Origin: Hydrolagus affinis
Lineage: Eukaryota
NCBI GenBank assembly: GCA_012026655.1
Contig: JAAILG010001132.1
Span: 1-64,000, forward strand
DNA: 64,000 nucleotides
Reading direction: 5' to 3'
Below the pieces are notes generated by a model. The model had not been told where the DNA came from and made no database searches. It saw nothing but the letters and a program-made list of their open reading frames with translations. Below, piece after piece: positions 1-12,459 of the stretch. Numbering within the stretch: position 1 is the first letter of the stretch; every line of letters starts with the position of its first letter. The translations under genes were made by a program, and so were the position numbers.

Positions 1-585
1 AAGTCCAGCATCTCCTCACAACGATCGTTTGAGGAGAGGATCTGCGAAGCGAGGCGGGGGGGGCGGAGGAGCTGGTTGGTGGTGGCGAAGAGGAGGCGGT
101 GGTTGTCCTTCGCTTCCAGGATTATCCTGGAGTAGAAGGCTGATTTGGCGGTGGCTAGGGCAGAGCGGTAAGATTTGATGCGATCCAGCCAGATTTGCCG
201 GTGGACCGTGAGGCCAGAGTTGAGCCAGGTACGTTCAGCTGCTCTCACGTGGCTTTTGAGGGAGCGGAGGTGAGTTGTGTACCACGGTGATGATCGGGAG
301 TGGGAGACGGTTTTGGAGGTGAGGGGGGCCAGGGTGTCAAGGGTAGTGGAGAGGGTGTTGTGAAGTGCGGTGGAGGCGGAGGATGGGTCGGTGCAGAAAG
401 AGTGCCAATGTGGGAGGAGGTCAGAGGTTTCTAGGGCAGAGGTGAAAGTTTGAGGGGGAATCTTTTTCCAGGGCCGGTAGAAAATGGTGGTGGGTTTGGA
501 GGTGGAGGCGGGAGGGATAGAGGTGTTGCAGGAGATGAAGAAATGGTCGGAAATGGCCTTGTCTGTGATGGTGACGCCAGAGCTG
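1..585 (-). mobile_element. L2-clade LINE ORF2 fragment (end of APE endonuclease plus linker), 5'-truncated, runs off the window start
   Basis: The minus-strand frame is open with no stop: VTITDKAISDHFFISCNT...RPWKKIPP...LDTLAPLTSKTVSHSRSSPWYTTHLRSLKSHVRAAERTW...YRSALATAKSAFYSRIILEAKDNHRLLFATTNQLL. It has the endonuclease SDH motif and the LD..AP / PWY / ER.W linker motifs typical of L2 ORF2. Confidence 0.85.
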
Positions 586-664
586 TGAGCTTTTCGGATT
601 CCGCGTTTGACCCACAAAATGGATAAGTCAATTCGCTTTGCAGTATATCCCACGAAGGTCTTTG

Positions 665-731
665 AGACAACAACAAAAACAACACCATTTCTATAGTGCC
701 TTTCACATCGGGAGGACGTCCCAAGGCGCTG
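665..731 (-). mobile_element. L2 LINE 3' tail fragment
   Basis: The reverse complement reads gcgccttgggacgtcctcccgatgtgaaaggcactatagaaat followed by a (TTG)n-like tail. The same motif recurs at about 3710, 12115, 25505, 32120, 45055, 47765, 52110, 63100 and 63900. Confidence 0.75.
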
Positions 732-2100
732 GCGCATCTCGAACACGTGATAAGGCGCTATATCAAATGCAAGGATTATTATATTCACATTTCCGTAAAG
801 GTCGTGGTTTGAAATGGGAGAGGACCAGTGAACCCATCTAACTCCCCAGAAAGTTTGTTTGGCACATCTCTTCTTATCACCTAATAACCGCAAATCCTTT
901 TAATATTCACACGGTTCACATAGAAATAAGTTGATTCTTGTCGACAGCTCTTGCCAATGTGCGGCTGGGAGAAGTGTGGAAGGTTGATAGTCAAAGCACG
1001 GCAGGGTTTGTCTTAATCTGAACTTCTCTTTCCACTAAGAAGAACATCTTTCTCAACGGGAGCTTATGGAGGAAAGTTACTAGACCTTGCCCCTGGTTTC
1101 TGCTGCTCAATCACACTGGGCTGTTGACTCGCTTTTTCCCCCAGTTTAACGAGGTGGTAGCTGAGGCAAGCCACAGCTCCTTTTGAACAGGGGAAGAAAT
1201 CGAGTCAGTTCTTGGGAACAACATTGATGCTTTATCAGCAAGACAGTTTCCTTCATTTACTTTTTCACCGTTTTCTCTCAAAACTGGCTTAAATAATAGT
1301 ATAATGTTTTTAGAATGCGCGTTAGAAATTCCTGCTAACCCTAGGATGGACTGTTTGTAAACGATTCTCGATGATTTCTGATCAGCATTTGGAGTAACAA
1401 CAACAACAACAATAACAAAATTACACTTCTAGAGTAATATCATTAAAGCACGTAAACAAGAAGGATGGAGTTGGACGTATTTGGCAACGTATCACGTAAT
1501 TACCGAACCTCTGAATAGTATGAAGTGTTAATTGTAATTTGGTTTCTGACTCAGGAGCGTTTAATCATACTGTCTTTATAATGCTGGATTAGGAAGACTG
1601 GACCCTTCCCTCTCTGGTATGTTAGTGAAACGCTTAGTCAGGCAGAAAGTAGTTTGTGTACAGCAGACTTCATTTCCTCCCTTAGATCGGTATACACTGG
1701 AGTACAAGGGGTTGGCACTGTACTCCAAAAGACAAAACCACCCCTAATATTTCAAATAAACATTATTTGAAGCCTTGCTGTATTCTAAGTTTGTACATTG
1801 CGTCTTCTGTAATGCAGAATTGAAGTGATTGGTAAGTAAGGTCAGAATGTTCAGTAAACACTGCGAGCGAACAGAGACCTTGAGAGAGAGGAGGTCTGAA
1901 GGAAAGCTATAAATCATTAAATGTTTGCAACACGGACACTTTTTTAAAAAAAAAACTATAAAAGCCAATTAATTGGTGTTCGAAGTTGCTAGAGTGATGA
2001 CTTTGGTTTTTCGTATTGCTGAATGAAACACAGTTCGCCAGATCACTGAATGTGCCATATTCTTTCCCCTCAACAGAGTCCAGAGTGACACAAGTTTACA

Positions 2101-2190
2101 ATGAAGCATCTGTCCATTTCCAAGTGGCTGGGCCAGCTGGGTCTTCCTGAATACTCCGAACTCTTTCATGAAGTGTTTGATGGAGTGGAG
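2101..2190 (+). CDS. BCAR3: BCAR3 long isoform coding exon 1: N-terminal half of a SAM domain (MKHLSISKWLGQLGLPEYSELFHEVFDGVE)
   Basis: Acceptor tctttcccctcaacag before 2077, in-frame TGA at 2086-2088, acaATG with A at -3 at 2101, and donor GAG|gtgagt at 2190/2191 (phase 0). The W-L-x-x-L-G-L-x-x-Y-x-x-x-F pattern is the SAM helix 1-2 signature. Confidence 0.85.
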
Positions 2191-3896
2191 GTGAGTAATC
2201 CTGAGTGAAGACATGTTTCCCAGTTAACCCCCAATTTGATAAGAGTATTACGTAAAATAATAGGTATTAGTAATAGCCAAAAAGGTATTTGAATGACTAT
2301 TAAAATGACAAGGTCTAGTTTACAGTACTGTATTTCATATTAGAGTTACTTAATTTTTTAACTTATAATTTTACTTAACTGCGCTTCAGACATCTTACCT
2401 CCTCCCCCCCACTCTCTTTAGTTTCCAGCAGAGTCATGATTTCTTGGCTGAGGCATTGGAAGGCTGACAAGATCCAAAGTGTAAAGATTATTATCCATTG
2501 AGCTATATCCCAGCATTAGTCACCGCATTGGAGACAGACAGGGGAAGAAGCAGACAGTACTACTGTATTTACACAGTGGGTTAATTGTTCTTATTCTGTC
2601 TGATTGCGTTCTAAAACTGTTCTTGTTGTGTGTATATAATTCTATTTGCAACGCTTGCCATCTGGATTGAATGTATGTAACAGGAATCCAATGGAATTGG
2701 CATTGAAAGGAGGAATTTTCATTTTTTTTATTTCAGAGATGGCAGATAGGCCCTGATTGCTGGCAATGAACAGCTGATCTCACATTGATAATAACACAAT
2801 ACAAACCGCAGCTCAAAATACACCTTATCTGAAATTCCACCCACTCAGCCATCAAACACTAATGTCGGGTAATAGGGTCAAGCTGTGCTCCAAGTTCAGA
2901 AGCTGTGACTCTGCGTAAATGTTTTCAGAATAAGTAAAAGAAACAATCCGTTTAAATCCGTTTAAAGCAGGGTTTATTCATAACAGCACATCATTTTAAA
3001 GCTCTGAAGTGATTGCTTGTTATTTAAAGTAGCGTATGTTTTCAGGTTCAGTTGGTACAGTTCTTGAGTTTTTATCTGTTACCACTGTGGGAAGATGCAA
3101 CAAATTATCTATAATACTAGAAACTTTGATCAGGACAAACACACCATACTAATGATCACAGTTCCTCTCAATCCGCTGGAACTATTCTCAATGTATGACT
3201 TGCTTAAATTAGAGGGAGAGAATAACTACTTTTAAAATAGATACAATTCCTGGTGGGATTTGCTGAACCACACACATTTGGCCAAGGATGACACTGCAAT
3301 ACAGAGACACTTTTATTCAGCCTCCTCCAGCACTCGCTATAGCAAAGTCTGGTCCTATGAAACGTGGGTTTCACATTCAATGTGCATGGGTGGTTTTTTT
3401 TCTTACAACATAATGCATTTGAGTGTGAAAAATGATCTGTAGGTGGGCCCTTAAAATGCTGGGTATTTTTTATTATATAGTAATTGAAACCAAACACAAT
3501 TGTGAAGTTCAGTGCTCTCACCTTGTTTAAACCATAGCCCGCCATGCGTTGGCGCATAGGTTTGCAATGTGTTTAACAGGATTACCATACCTGGCAGCAG
3601 AGGCGTAGCTTTCAATCATCAGCTGCCAGTTTGGATGGGTACCAGATGACCTCTAACGCATCCTTGCATTTCAGTATGACATCTTATCACATCAGAAGGA
3701 TGTCTCAAAGCTTTGGGACGTCCTCCTGACGTGAAAGGCGCTATCCAAGTGTAATTTTGTTGTGGTTGTTGTTGTTGTTGATGATGAACAGCCATGAAGC
3801 AAATGGCCAATTTTATTTGGGGGAGTTGTTGGCTAAGACACTGGGATAAACTCCCTTCTCTTTTCAAATACTATTGTTGGATTTTTAATCTCCACA

Positions 3897-4219
3897 GTGA
3901 GTCATGTAGTATAGTGATTAGAGCGATCACCTCGCAAGAGAGAGGACCTGGGCAATTCCTGAGCATGGCAAAACCTTAGGCAAGTTTTCTTACTCCACAT
4001 GTCTCTGTTTACCTGGCAATATGTAGAAACAGGGGGGTAATAATCCCTCCAAAAAAAATGTGGTCACTCAATCCACGACTGTTTGTGGGGAAACTGCTGT
4101 GCACAATTGGCTGCCGCATTTCACAGTCATTTTGCCTTACAATGCATTCTGTGAAGCGCATTGGGAGACATGATATGGCATTGTATCAACTGCAAGAATT
4201 ATTATTAGTATTATTATTA
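3897..4219 (+). mobile_element. tRNA-derived SINE, diverged copy with a longer central segment
   Basis: tRNA-like head, central ccttaggcaagt...ctctgtttacct...aaacaggggggtaataat, then ctgtttgtggg..ctgctgtgcacaattggctgccgcattt, an L2-like tail and (ATT)n. Boundaries are approximate. Confidence 0.8.
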
Positions 4220-4644
4220 ATAACAGGCAGGACCTCGGTTTAACATCTCATCCGAAGGACAGATGTTCTTCACATGCTCCGTTAAGAACCCATAGCAGCA
4301 ACAGCAACAACAAAATTACATTTGTATGTGCCTGTCACGTTGGGAAATGTTTTCTCCACAAGGCAAGGTAACTTTTCAAATGCGTGTCTCAAAGATGCTG
4401 ATGCTGGTTTCCTCACTGCTTGTTCACCTTCCGGTCAGAATTGCTCTGATTGATCTTTATAGTTGTTCTAAAAATATTCTAACCTTTGCAAATGTGGCAC
4501 AATGATATGTCATGTCCTTTGCTTGTACATAACTTGGTGGAGATTTAAAGCGAAATGGTCTGTAGCTGTAACAATCACAGCATCAAAGGATCGACTGAGT
4601 TCTATGCTTTCTGAGGAGACATTATAATAACAACAACAATGACT

Positions 4645-4920
4645 TAATAATAATAATCCTTGCATTTGAAATATTTCCACGTCTTCTAGAAGTCTGACAG
4701 CGCTTCACAGAATATACTCTAAAGTGAATTTGTGGGCGAAACATGGCAGACAATTGCGCACAGCAGTGTCCCACAAACAGTCGTGGATTTTTTTTTCAAG
4801 GGATTATTATTAGGCGTATGGAGGAAAGAAACTTGCCCAAGGTTTCACCCCGCTTGGAATTGAACCCGGGTCTCTCGCTTGTAAGGCGAGTACTCTAACC
4901 ACTGAGCTGCAGGACTCCAC
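4645..4920 (-). mobile_element. tRNA-derived SINE, near full length
   Basis: The reverse complement begins gtggagtcctgcagctcagtggttagagt (A box), has ggttcaattcc (B box) and ends atcaaatgcaaggattattattatt-like. Confidence 0.85.
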
Positions 4921-5986
4921 AACTTGCATTTATATGGCCTACTCCACGGTGCGATAATCCTCACATTTGACACAGAGCCTTTGACGCGAGGAAGCAGTCT
5001 CGAAATGGTTTCACAGGATTTACCGTAAAGGGTGGTGACTGTGTATTTAGTAGGCGAATCACTACTGTATAAAATCCATCCAGATACATACGTGTGTATA
5101 GATTTTGAACTGTGCCGTCAAAATTTTGTGAATCAGAGTGGCGGCTGTACAGAGGGGATCACTCAAATATCTGTGTGACCTCCTGAGTGTGGATCATTGT
5201 GCTGCAGGAATCGTACCCTAAAACCCAGTGTTAGTGTGACTCCTGCCAGCGTTAGCTGCCATCATTCTCTACGCTCAGACAGCCATTGAGAGAGGCTCTT
5301 TTGTCTGTGTACTAAGTGAGGCATGAGCTCATTTTCAAGCCTATTGCTCGGTAACTCCATTTAAGGAGATGAGATCTGACACTGGTCCCATATATACATT
5401 CAATCAGCACGTAAACCACTGAACAGCAAATCCTGACCGGAATAACAAGCAGGGCAGATATCTCTTTGTAACTGTGACTAACATTGAGAGCACAAGATTG
5501 TCCCGCACGCCTCATAACTTTTGAACACAGGATGGGGTTTCCTTACTCTTGTAGCGCGCATGTTGTGGTGGAAAGTGCGACAGTTACTACACTGACGCCC
5601 CGGGTTCATTCGCTGCAACAAAATGCAAGAGTGGGTTGGAATTATACCCACATTTGACTTCTGAAAATATGTTTCATATGCCACAAATATGCTGCGGTAA
5701 AAGGTGATTACAATTCTTGACTCAGGGTTCACTGAGTGTTTGTTGTTGGTTTGCAAACAAAAAAAATAGCCGCCTCGATTAACAAAAGCTAACCAGCTCA
5801 GCTCCTAAATGAGCCTGTTGCATCAGGCAATGAATCCAGCAGACATGGGGCTGCGTGGAAGGTCTCACTCAAGGCACATGTCAGCACTAGTATTACTGCT
5901 ATCTCCTTCTGTCAATGACTTGCCGTCTGTGAGTAGAGATTTTAGGTTTGACATAAAGCCACTCAGCAACTTTCAGCTGAAACAGC

Positions 5987-6017
<31 letters not shown>

Positions 6018-6713
6018 GTGCGCGCAGTTCAAATAATATGTAAGCAGTAGGGTTTTCTTGCCTCTGGAATAGAAGGTTCGAGCCTCGTGTACGGACTTGA
6101 GCTCATCGTCTCCAGGCTGACACTCCAGTGAATTGCCAGGGTAGAGCGGGTTATGGTATTTCAGTGCTATGAGATTGCGATAAACATCCAACTTTGGTCC
6201 AGTGGCAATGTCCAGCTCACGAGCAACGCACGCGGTGGTGGTGGTGGTGGTGGGGGGTTGGGGGGGCGGCGCTAAAAGAAGTGTACAGGACAAGAAAGTG
6301 GTAACAAGTAAAAGCTAGTCACCTCAAACAGAGCACCTGGCTTTTAGAGCTGTGGTGTTTGGTCAAAGGTCACTGCATTTCTGATCGCATGGAAAGTTCT
6401 GAAGAATTGACTTATAATATTATTTATTATTATTATTATTTCTGCTGAAGGTAATGACTTTACAACGCTGCAAACACTTAGCAAGACTGCCTTTGAAAAC
6501 GTGCGGGTGACAAGCAAGAGAGGTTCCGATACTGTGAGGCCAGTGGAAAATTACTGATGGAAATATCTTTTGATCAGCCAAATTGTGTGTGTGTGTGTGT
6601 GTGCATGAGGAAAGTGATGGATTGTGGATGAGGGGAGTATGTGTATGTTTACCAATGCCTCATGTTCACCAGGGGGGTTAATGCAATCAGGTGCAGGACT
6701 TCTGAGCTGATCA

Positions 6714-6714
<1 letters not shown>

Positions 6715-6749
<35 letters not shown>
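6715..6749. repeat. (CA)n microsatellite
   Basis: Direct reading. Further (TG)n tracts lie at about 5987-6020 and 6584-6603. Confidence 0.95.
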
Positions 6750-6750
<1 letters not shown>

Positions 6751-7909
6751 CTTTATTATACGAAAACACCTGCATAGAAAAACATTGTCAAAACACAAGC
6801 TATCAGAGCAGCAGAGACTTTTGCAAATAATGGAAAAGTGTTTGAACAGCCATAACATTTGCCGTAAGATAAGAAAGACAAAGAGCTACCAGGATACAGC
6901 TAGGATCCTAAAAGAAATGATTCCGTCCCATTCATCTTAACATAAAGTAACAATGATTAAATCACTCGGCCTCCTTTTGTTCTCTGTTCACTTACAACAA
7001 ATACGAAGCTGAACAAAGGGCTGGCCATCTGATCCCGGAGAGAGTTTACATGAGGAGCTGGGCTGTCACAGTCCAGTTGAAAATCACAGGTTACACAGTA
7101 ACTTTACTCAAATCGATGCTGGCTGGACTCAATTATTGGAGAAACACCGAAGAGCTTTAAGTATAAAACTCCTTTAAGATCAAATGATTGAATGTGAAAC
7201 TGTTTCCATGATGAGTTAGACTAAGGTCTCCGGTGGATTTAACTCCAAATAACAGAACTTGTGATGAGGGTGTTCGTTCTGTAAATTTTAAATATGTTTA
7301 AAAGCCGATTGCAGAGTTTATTGGAATGCAATTTCCTTCCTCCGCGTGCCTTGTTTCATTTCCATGCATTAGTACATTGGAAATTTACAGCTTTAACTCC
7401 AGATAAAAGAACTTCTGTGGAGGGTGCCCTGTAAAATGTGATGAGAAAAACTCATTATAACATAACTTCTTTCCGCCGAGGGCCCTTTTTCTCACTTTCA
7501 TGTGTCAGGGCTGCAGAACGATTGAGGATTTACAGGAACAATATGTGATGATTACACAGGAAGCCCAAGCATGTTTTAGCAGAATACGGATTGCTGTTCC
7601 GATTGTAAATGAATCAAAGTGATCTAATTCTCCACAAGTTTATTGTGGGAGCAAGATTAGTAGTTATGTGTCCAATTTGGCAGGGTGTGGTGATAGCCTG
7701 AGAAAATACAGCAATTACTAAATCTACCATAGAATTAATTCAACATTTCAACCTAATGCCATTTAAAAAGAGATGAAACCCAGTATTCCTTTCACCTTTG
7801 CAAGTCCTGATCAATGCATTTGTTGCGCAGGTTTCTGGTTATTCAGCTGGGTAACAGTTAAGATAGAAGGATATATACTGACTGACTGACTGTTGATGTT
7901 CTTGTGTAG

Positions 7910-8024
7910 GACTTACTCCATTTGAGAGAGGCTGATCTAATGCAGATGGGAATTAAGGACAGGATGCACAGAAATCTCATCGCATCCAACATCCTTCTGC
8001 TTCAGGAGAGAGAGAGACGAAAAG
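7910..8024 (+). CDS. BCAR3: BCAR3 long isoform coding exon 2: C-terminal half of the SAM domain (DLLHLREADLMQMGIKDRMHRNLIASNILLLQERERRK)
   Basis: Acceptor gttcttgtgtag (phase 0, matching exon 1) and donor AAAG|gtactt (phase 1, matching the exon at 14302). The LL.L.E.DL..MGI....HR..I...I..L pattern is SAM helices 3-5. Confidence 0.85.
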
Positions 8025-11000
8025 GTACTTCCAACAAAAGTGATCCAGCTTTATTTAGTTTTTTTTTCACTGGGGTGGAAACATTATCATTAACAAAAAA
8101 ACTTTGCTTTCTCCCTCCCTCTCTCTCTCTCTTTCCCTTCCCCCACTCTGGCTGAAAATTAATCCGAATTTACTCATTCAACTTTCTTTCTATCGGTGAA
8201 TATCATCAGACAATAATAGTAATGCTTGCTTTTGATATAATGCCTTGTCACGTCTTCGAGGCGTCTCAAAGCGCTTCCAGGTTTCAAGTCCATGTTGATT
8301 TGGAGCATATTTTTTTCTCAAGTTTGCTTTGATGATAGCCCAGTTAGAGTTAAAGTCTGGCATGAAAACCGTAACTTTTGAACTTGATTGGGTCAGAATC
8401 AATTAGTGCATCCAGTCAATAGCATTTCAATGACTGTTGTTTTGGACAAAGATTTTTGGGGGGGTGGGTTAGGGATGAGAGAGGTGCATTCCCAAAAACG
8501 TTTTGAGTGATTAACTGGACATAATAATAATCCTTGCATTTGATATAGTGTTTTATCACGGCTTTGAGATATTTCGAAGGGCTTGACAGGATATATAGTA
8601 CTGTTAAGTGAATTGACTGTACATGTATGTTGCGGGTGAAATTCATATGTCACATCACTCAATTGCATTTCTCACCCCTGTGTTACACTCGCTGAATTTC
8701 TGTTTGCTTACAGCTCTTGTGTGTGTGAGAGAAAGGACGGACAGAGGAAAAGTCAGGTGCTCGAATTAACATGCTTGTTCAGTTTGCGTGACAAAGCATT
8801 TTTTATTGCCTTCTGGCCCGGCGATCAACAGTTTGAGACTATGCTGCCTCAACATCATTGGGCTTTGCTGAAAAATATTTTGAGGTTATAAAAAGATGGC
8901 ACTATTAAGGATCAATTAGCTGAAATCAATCTGACTCTGTTCTGTCTGATGGCGAATATAACTAGCATTCATATGTGCACAATAGCCTACAGTGAAGCAG
9001 CCACTAGAATTTGGACAAAAGAAGATTGCGGTGGCATTCACAACAGATGCTATTTTATGAGCCCAGAGCTGAACATGTTGTTCTGTGCTGTTTGTGGTAG
9101 CTCTCGTTTAGTTGCCCAGTGGTTTGGGTCCATAAATTCAGACCCCACTTACGACGCCCCACTTATAAAAATGGCCAACGGACGGCATTTTTCTTTGGTA
9201 AACGTGTGCACATGGTTTACGTGCATAATTTGCACGCGCGCGAACTTCCAAATGGCCTGGTGTATTCCCTCGCTCTTGCCATCGGGGTGCATTTGTACTT
9301 TTAAGCGTCCGTACAACTTCTGGCGTGCTGAGAATACAGGCATTTAAAGATGTAATTCTGTTCTCCATCTCCAGTCACTCCGATCGGATGCATATTTGGT
9401 GCATAAGCAATGTTAGGGAGTTCCTCATTGTCCGGCTCCACTGTTTAATGCGACACGTGATAAACTCGCTGTAACAATGGAATGCTAATATGATACAGCC
9501 TCAAAAGCGCATCATTCAAGGGATCAGTAATTTAATCTGGGAAGAATTTGTGATTTTGTTCAATGGCAAAGTACAGTGAGCACAAAGTACTCCCAGCATT
9601 GATTTCTAACACTGCCCAGAAGGCACCTTAAATGATTTGCTGGAGTTTCGAACAAATTCTTAACCTAATCTCAGTTTACCTTTCAGGTTCTGAATCTAGT
9701 AAATCGTTGAGTCCAGTGTATATGGTGATCATTTGAAAACAGCATAAAATGCTTTGCTAGGTCTCTGCAAAGGAAGTTTACACGTATCATACATGATACA
9801 TTAGCAGAACTGAAAACAACCCTGTACAAACAACAGATTCTGAAAAACAAGCGGGTTTTGGCGTCCGCATTCCACGCAGAATTGCATTGATCCACGTCCC
9901 ACAAAAGCAAACAGAATTGTGTCTGTGTGTCGGCGAGTGGAGTGGCACACTAATGCATTTAATGGTTATTGGTCAAATGTGAAGTTCAGACTGGATGGCC
10001 AAAACAGGGGTGTGGCTGAGTTGCTGTGGATTGTCAGTGCAATGTGTAACTCAGCGAGTGGGGAGTGCTGCTCTGGAAAGTGATTAGCAGCACTTGTTGA
10101 GGCTGCAAGTGTGGGAAAGGGGTGGGGAACACAAAAAAAAAGTGAAACTTCATAAATAACTATCTGGTGCTTTGATGTGCAACTTGGCAGACAGACAGCC
10201 TTAGGCCCAGAGTATGTGAGCGTGCTTTGCATATTCAGCGTAGTTGGTGAAGGACAGTGCGATCAGTGTTTGGAGACGCCTTTTTTTAAAAAAAACTCTT
10301 ATTTATTAGAGGTAGGTAGACACTACTCTCCAAGTTTCCTCTGTGTGTGCTTTCTCCAGTATTTCTGCCTACGAAGAATCCACCTGCTTCTCTTTCAGTG
10401 ACTACTCTATTTAAGAAATTTTGTTACAGTTGATGGCTGGTGAGAGAAGATGTATTCATTCTTACTGTTTTCAGGCACAAGTGTTTTCATTTCAAGTTCA
10501 ATGTATTCTCTTTTGTTCCTCCTTGTTGGGTTTTAAATGCAAAGCCTTATCTGCAATTGAAATGGCACATGTTTCACACAAGCAGCACATCAGCCCCAGA
10601 AAGTATGTTCTTGTTTCTTTTGAATATGTGGGAGAATGAAATGTTCGAAACTAACATTGCTCTATCTGATAGAATTTTTTGTAAAAAAAACATAAGCCAC
10701 TCTATGGAAGATACGTGCCTTTGAAACTGGTGGAAATAAAGGATTCATCTTAATCTCTTGATTCCCAGTTTCTGTCATTTTATGAATGTTCAGCTGTGCA
10801 AACGGGAGTCGAAAGATTTGTTTTGGGGGAGCAAACATGTACAAGTTTTAACTCCAGTCAGTTTAGAACGGATACTTTCACCAGCATCTTTGTTTGATAA
10901 TTGCAATTGTCTGTTTCTTTGTAGTCATTGCTACATTCTGTTAGCTTGGCCTGGCTGTAATCTCTCTTGTGTGCTCAATTCATGGCCAACACAATACTGT

Positions 11001-12111
11001 GAGGATTGAAATCACCGTGAGCCAAGCAACCCTCTGCTTTGTGTCAACTTTTGTATAAAAATAATTATTTTTAAAACAAACTTTTCCCTAATACTTTTCT
11101 CTTATGGAAAATCTCTGTGAGGGTAGTAGACAGTTCCTGTAGATGGTGCAGAAGTACCCGTATTATGTTTTAGTGGTTGTGGGATTAAAATTTAAAAAAA
11201 TACTCCTTAATCACTCGACATCTTCGGAAACCTTGTGAAAAGAACTGATTTAAAAATAAAAGCGTTTGGGATGGCAAAGGTTGCGAGACATTTCAGTATG
11301 AAAGGCAGCAGTGTAGGATGCAGCGGGACACTATAGGAAACATTGTTCTTTTCAGTATTGTCCCACTCAGAATGAATTGCTTTTTTGTTAGGGTTCTTTG
11401 TGTGGGCTGCAGCGCCTGAGAATCTGAAGTTTGTCTTGAACTCACAAGATGGTGGGAATTTCTCCCCCAGTTTTATTACGTATCTGAGATTCTGTTTTTC
11501 TCTTTTAAAAAAAGATTTTTTGGGTGGATTCAGCACATTTCCCCCGGTTAAATAGCAAGTGTTTGATTTATTCAGGACGTTGCTTGCGTCTGTACTCATC
11601 GGCTGGAAATGACTTCTGTTGTGGATCAAAGCATTAGGCGGGTGATTTAAGCCACAGGTCAGTAACGTTGAAATATTTCCCTTGCACTAGGATTGGAAAG
11701 GTGTTGTTAGGAAAAAAAAAGCAAGCAATGCACTTTGAAGTGACTGTCTCTAAAATATCTTACATTAGGAACAAGTTTTTTTTGCTGTGAGGCTGTTCCA
11801 AAAGAAGTCTGTGTTTGGTGCAGGAAGCCTTTCAACTTGGATTAAAAGATGGCGAGAGATTAAAAAGAAGCCACGCTGAAATCTGCATTAGCTCATGTCA
11901 GCAAAGTGTTGAGTCTGATGGCCTTAAGACTGACAGTATTCTCTCATACTCTTACCCCTACCTCCACTAACTGGACAACATAGGCACTGGAGAAAGGGAC
12001 AAAGGATACAGATGGCAAGATACGCTTAACAGTTTTATATTGTCAGATGGACAATATTTAAATGAGTTCTTTTTAATCGTTGGTTTAAATTCCCCAGTGA
12101 GTGAGAACCAA

Positions 12112-12360
12112 CAACGAGAACAACAATATTACATTTATAGAGCGCCTTTCACGTCGGGAGGACATCCCAAGGCGCTGAATCCCGAGCACAGGGGACGGGC
12201 AGGGTAGGGGGAAGGGAGAGAGGTGGGAGAGCAGCAGAAGGCACGAAAAAGAGGTTCTTGAGACCGGCCTTGAAGGAGGCAAGGGAGGAAATGAGGCGAA
12301 GGGAGTGTGGGGTGGAGTTCCAGAGTGTGAGGGTAGAGAGGCTGAAAGCCCGGCCACGGA
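12112..12360 (-). mobile_element. L2 LINE 3' end (ORF2 terminus, 3'UTR, tail)
   Basis: The reverse complement has ccttcaaggccggtctcaagaacctc (F.A.LK.. end of the RT ORF), a C-rich UTR, and cagcgccttgggatgtcctcccgacgtgaaaggcgctctataaatgtaatattgttg. Confidence 0.8.
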
Positions 12361-12459
12361 TGCTTCATAACAATAATAACTTTATCATCTATGTTCCTTT
12401 GCTTGTTGTGTGGTGGTGGGGGGTGGGGTGGAGGGGGGGGGTAGTTTTGCTCTTGTTTG

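Noticed and set aside
7922-8155. Stand-alone 77-aa ORF or separate SAM gene
   Set aside because: It starts at TTG, SAM similarity stops at the 8024 donor, and the phases link it to exons 2101-2190 and 14302. It is better explained as a BCAR3 exon.
8949-9370. CpG-enriched patch with overlapping ORFs
   Set aside because: Possibly a decayed transposon, but I could not define TIRs, a TSD or protein motifs.
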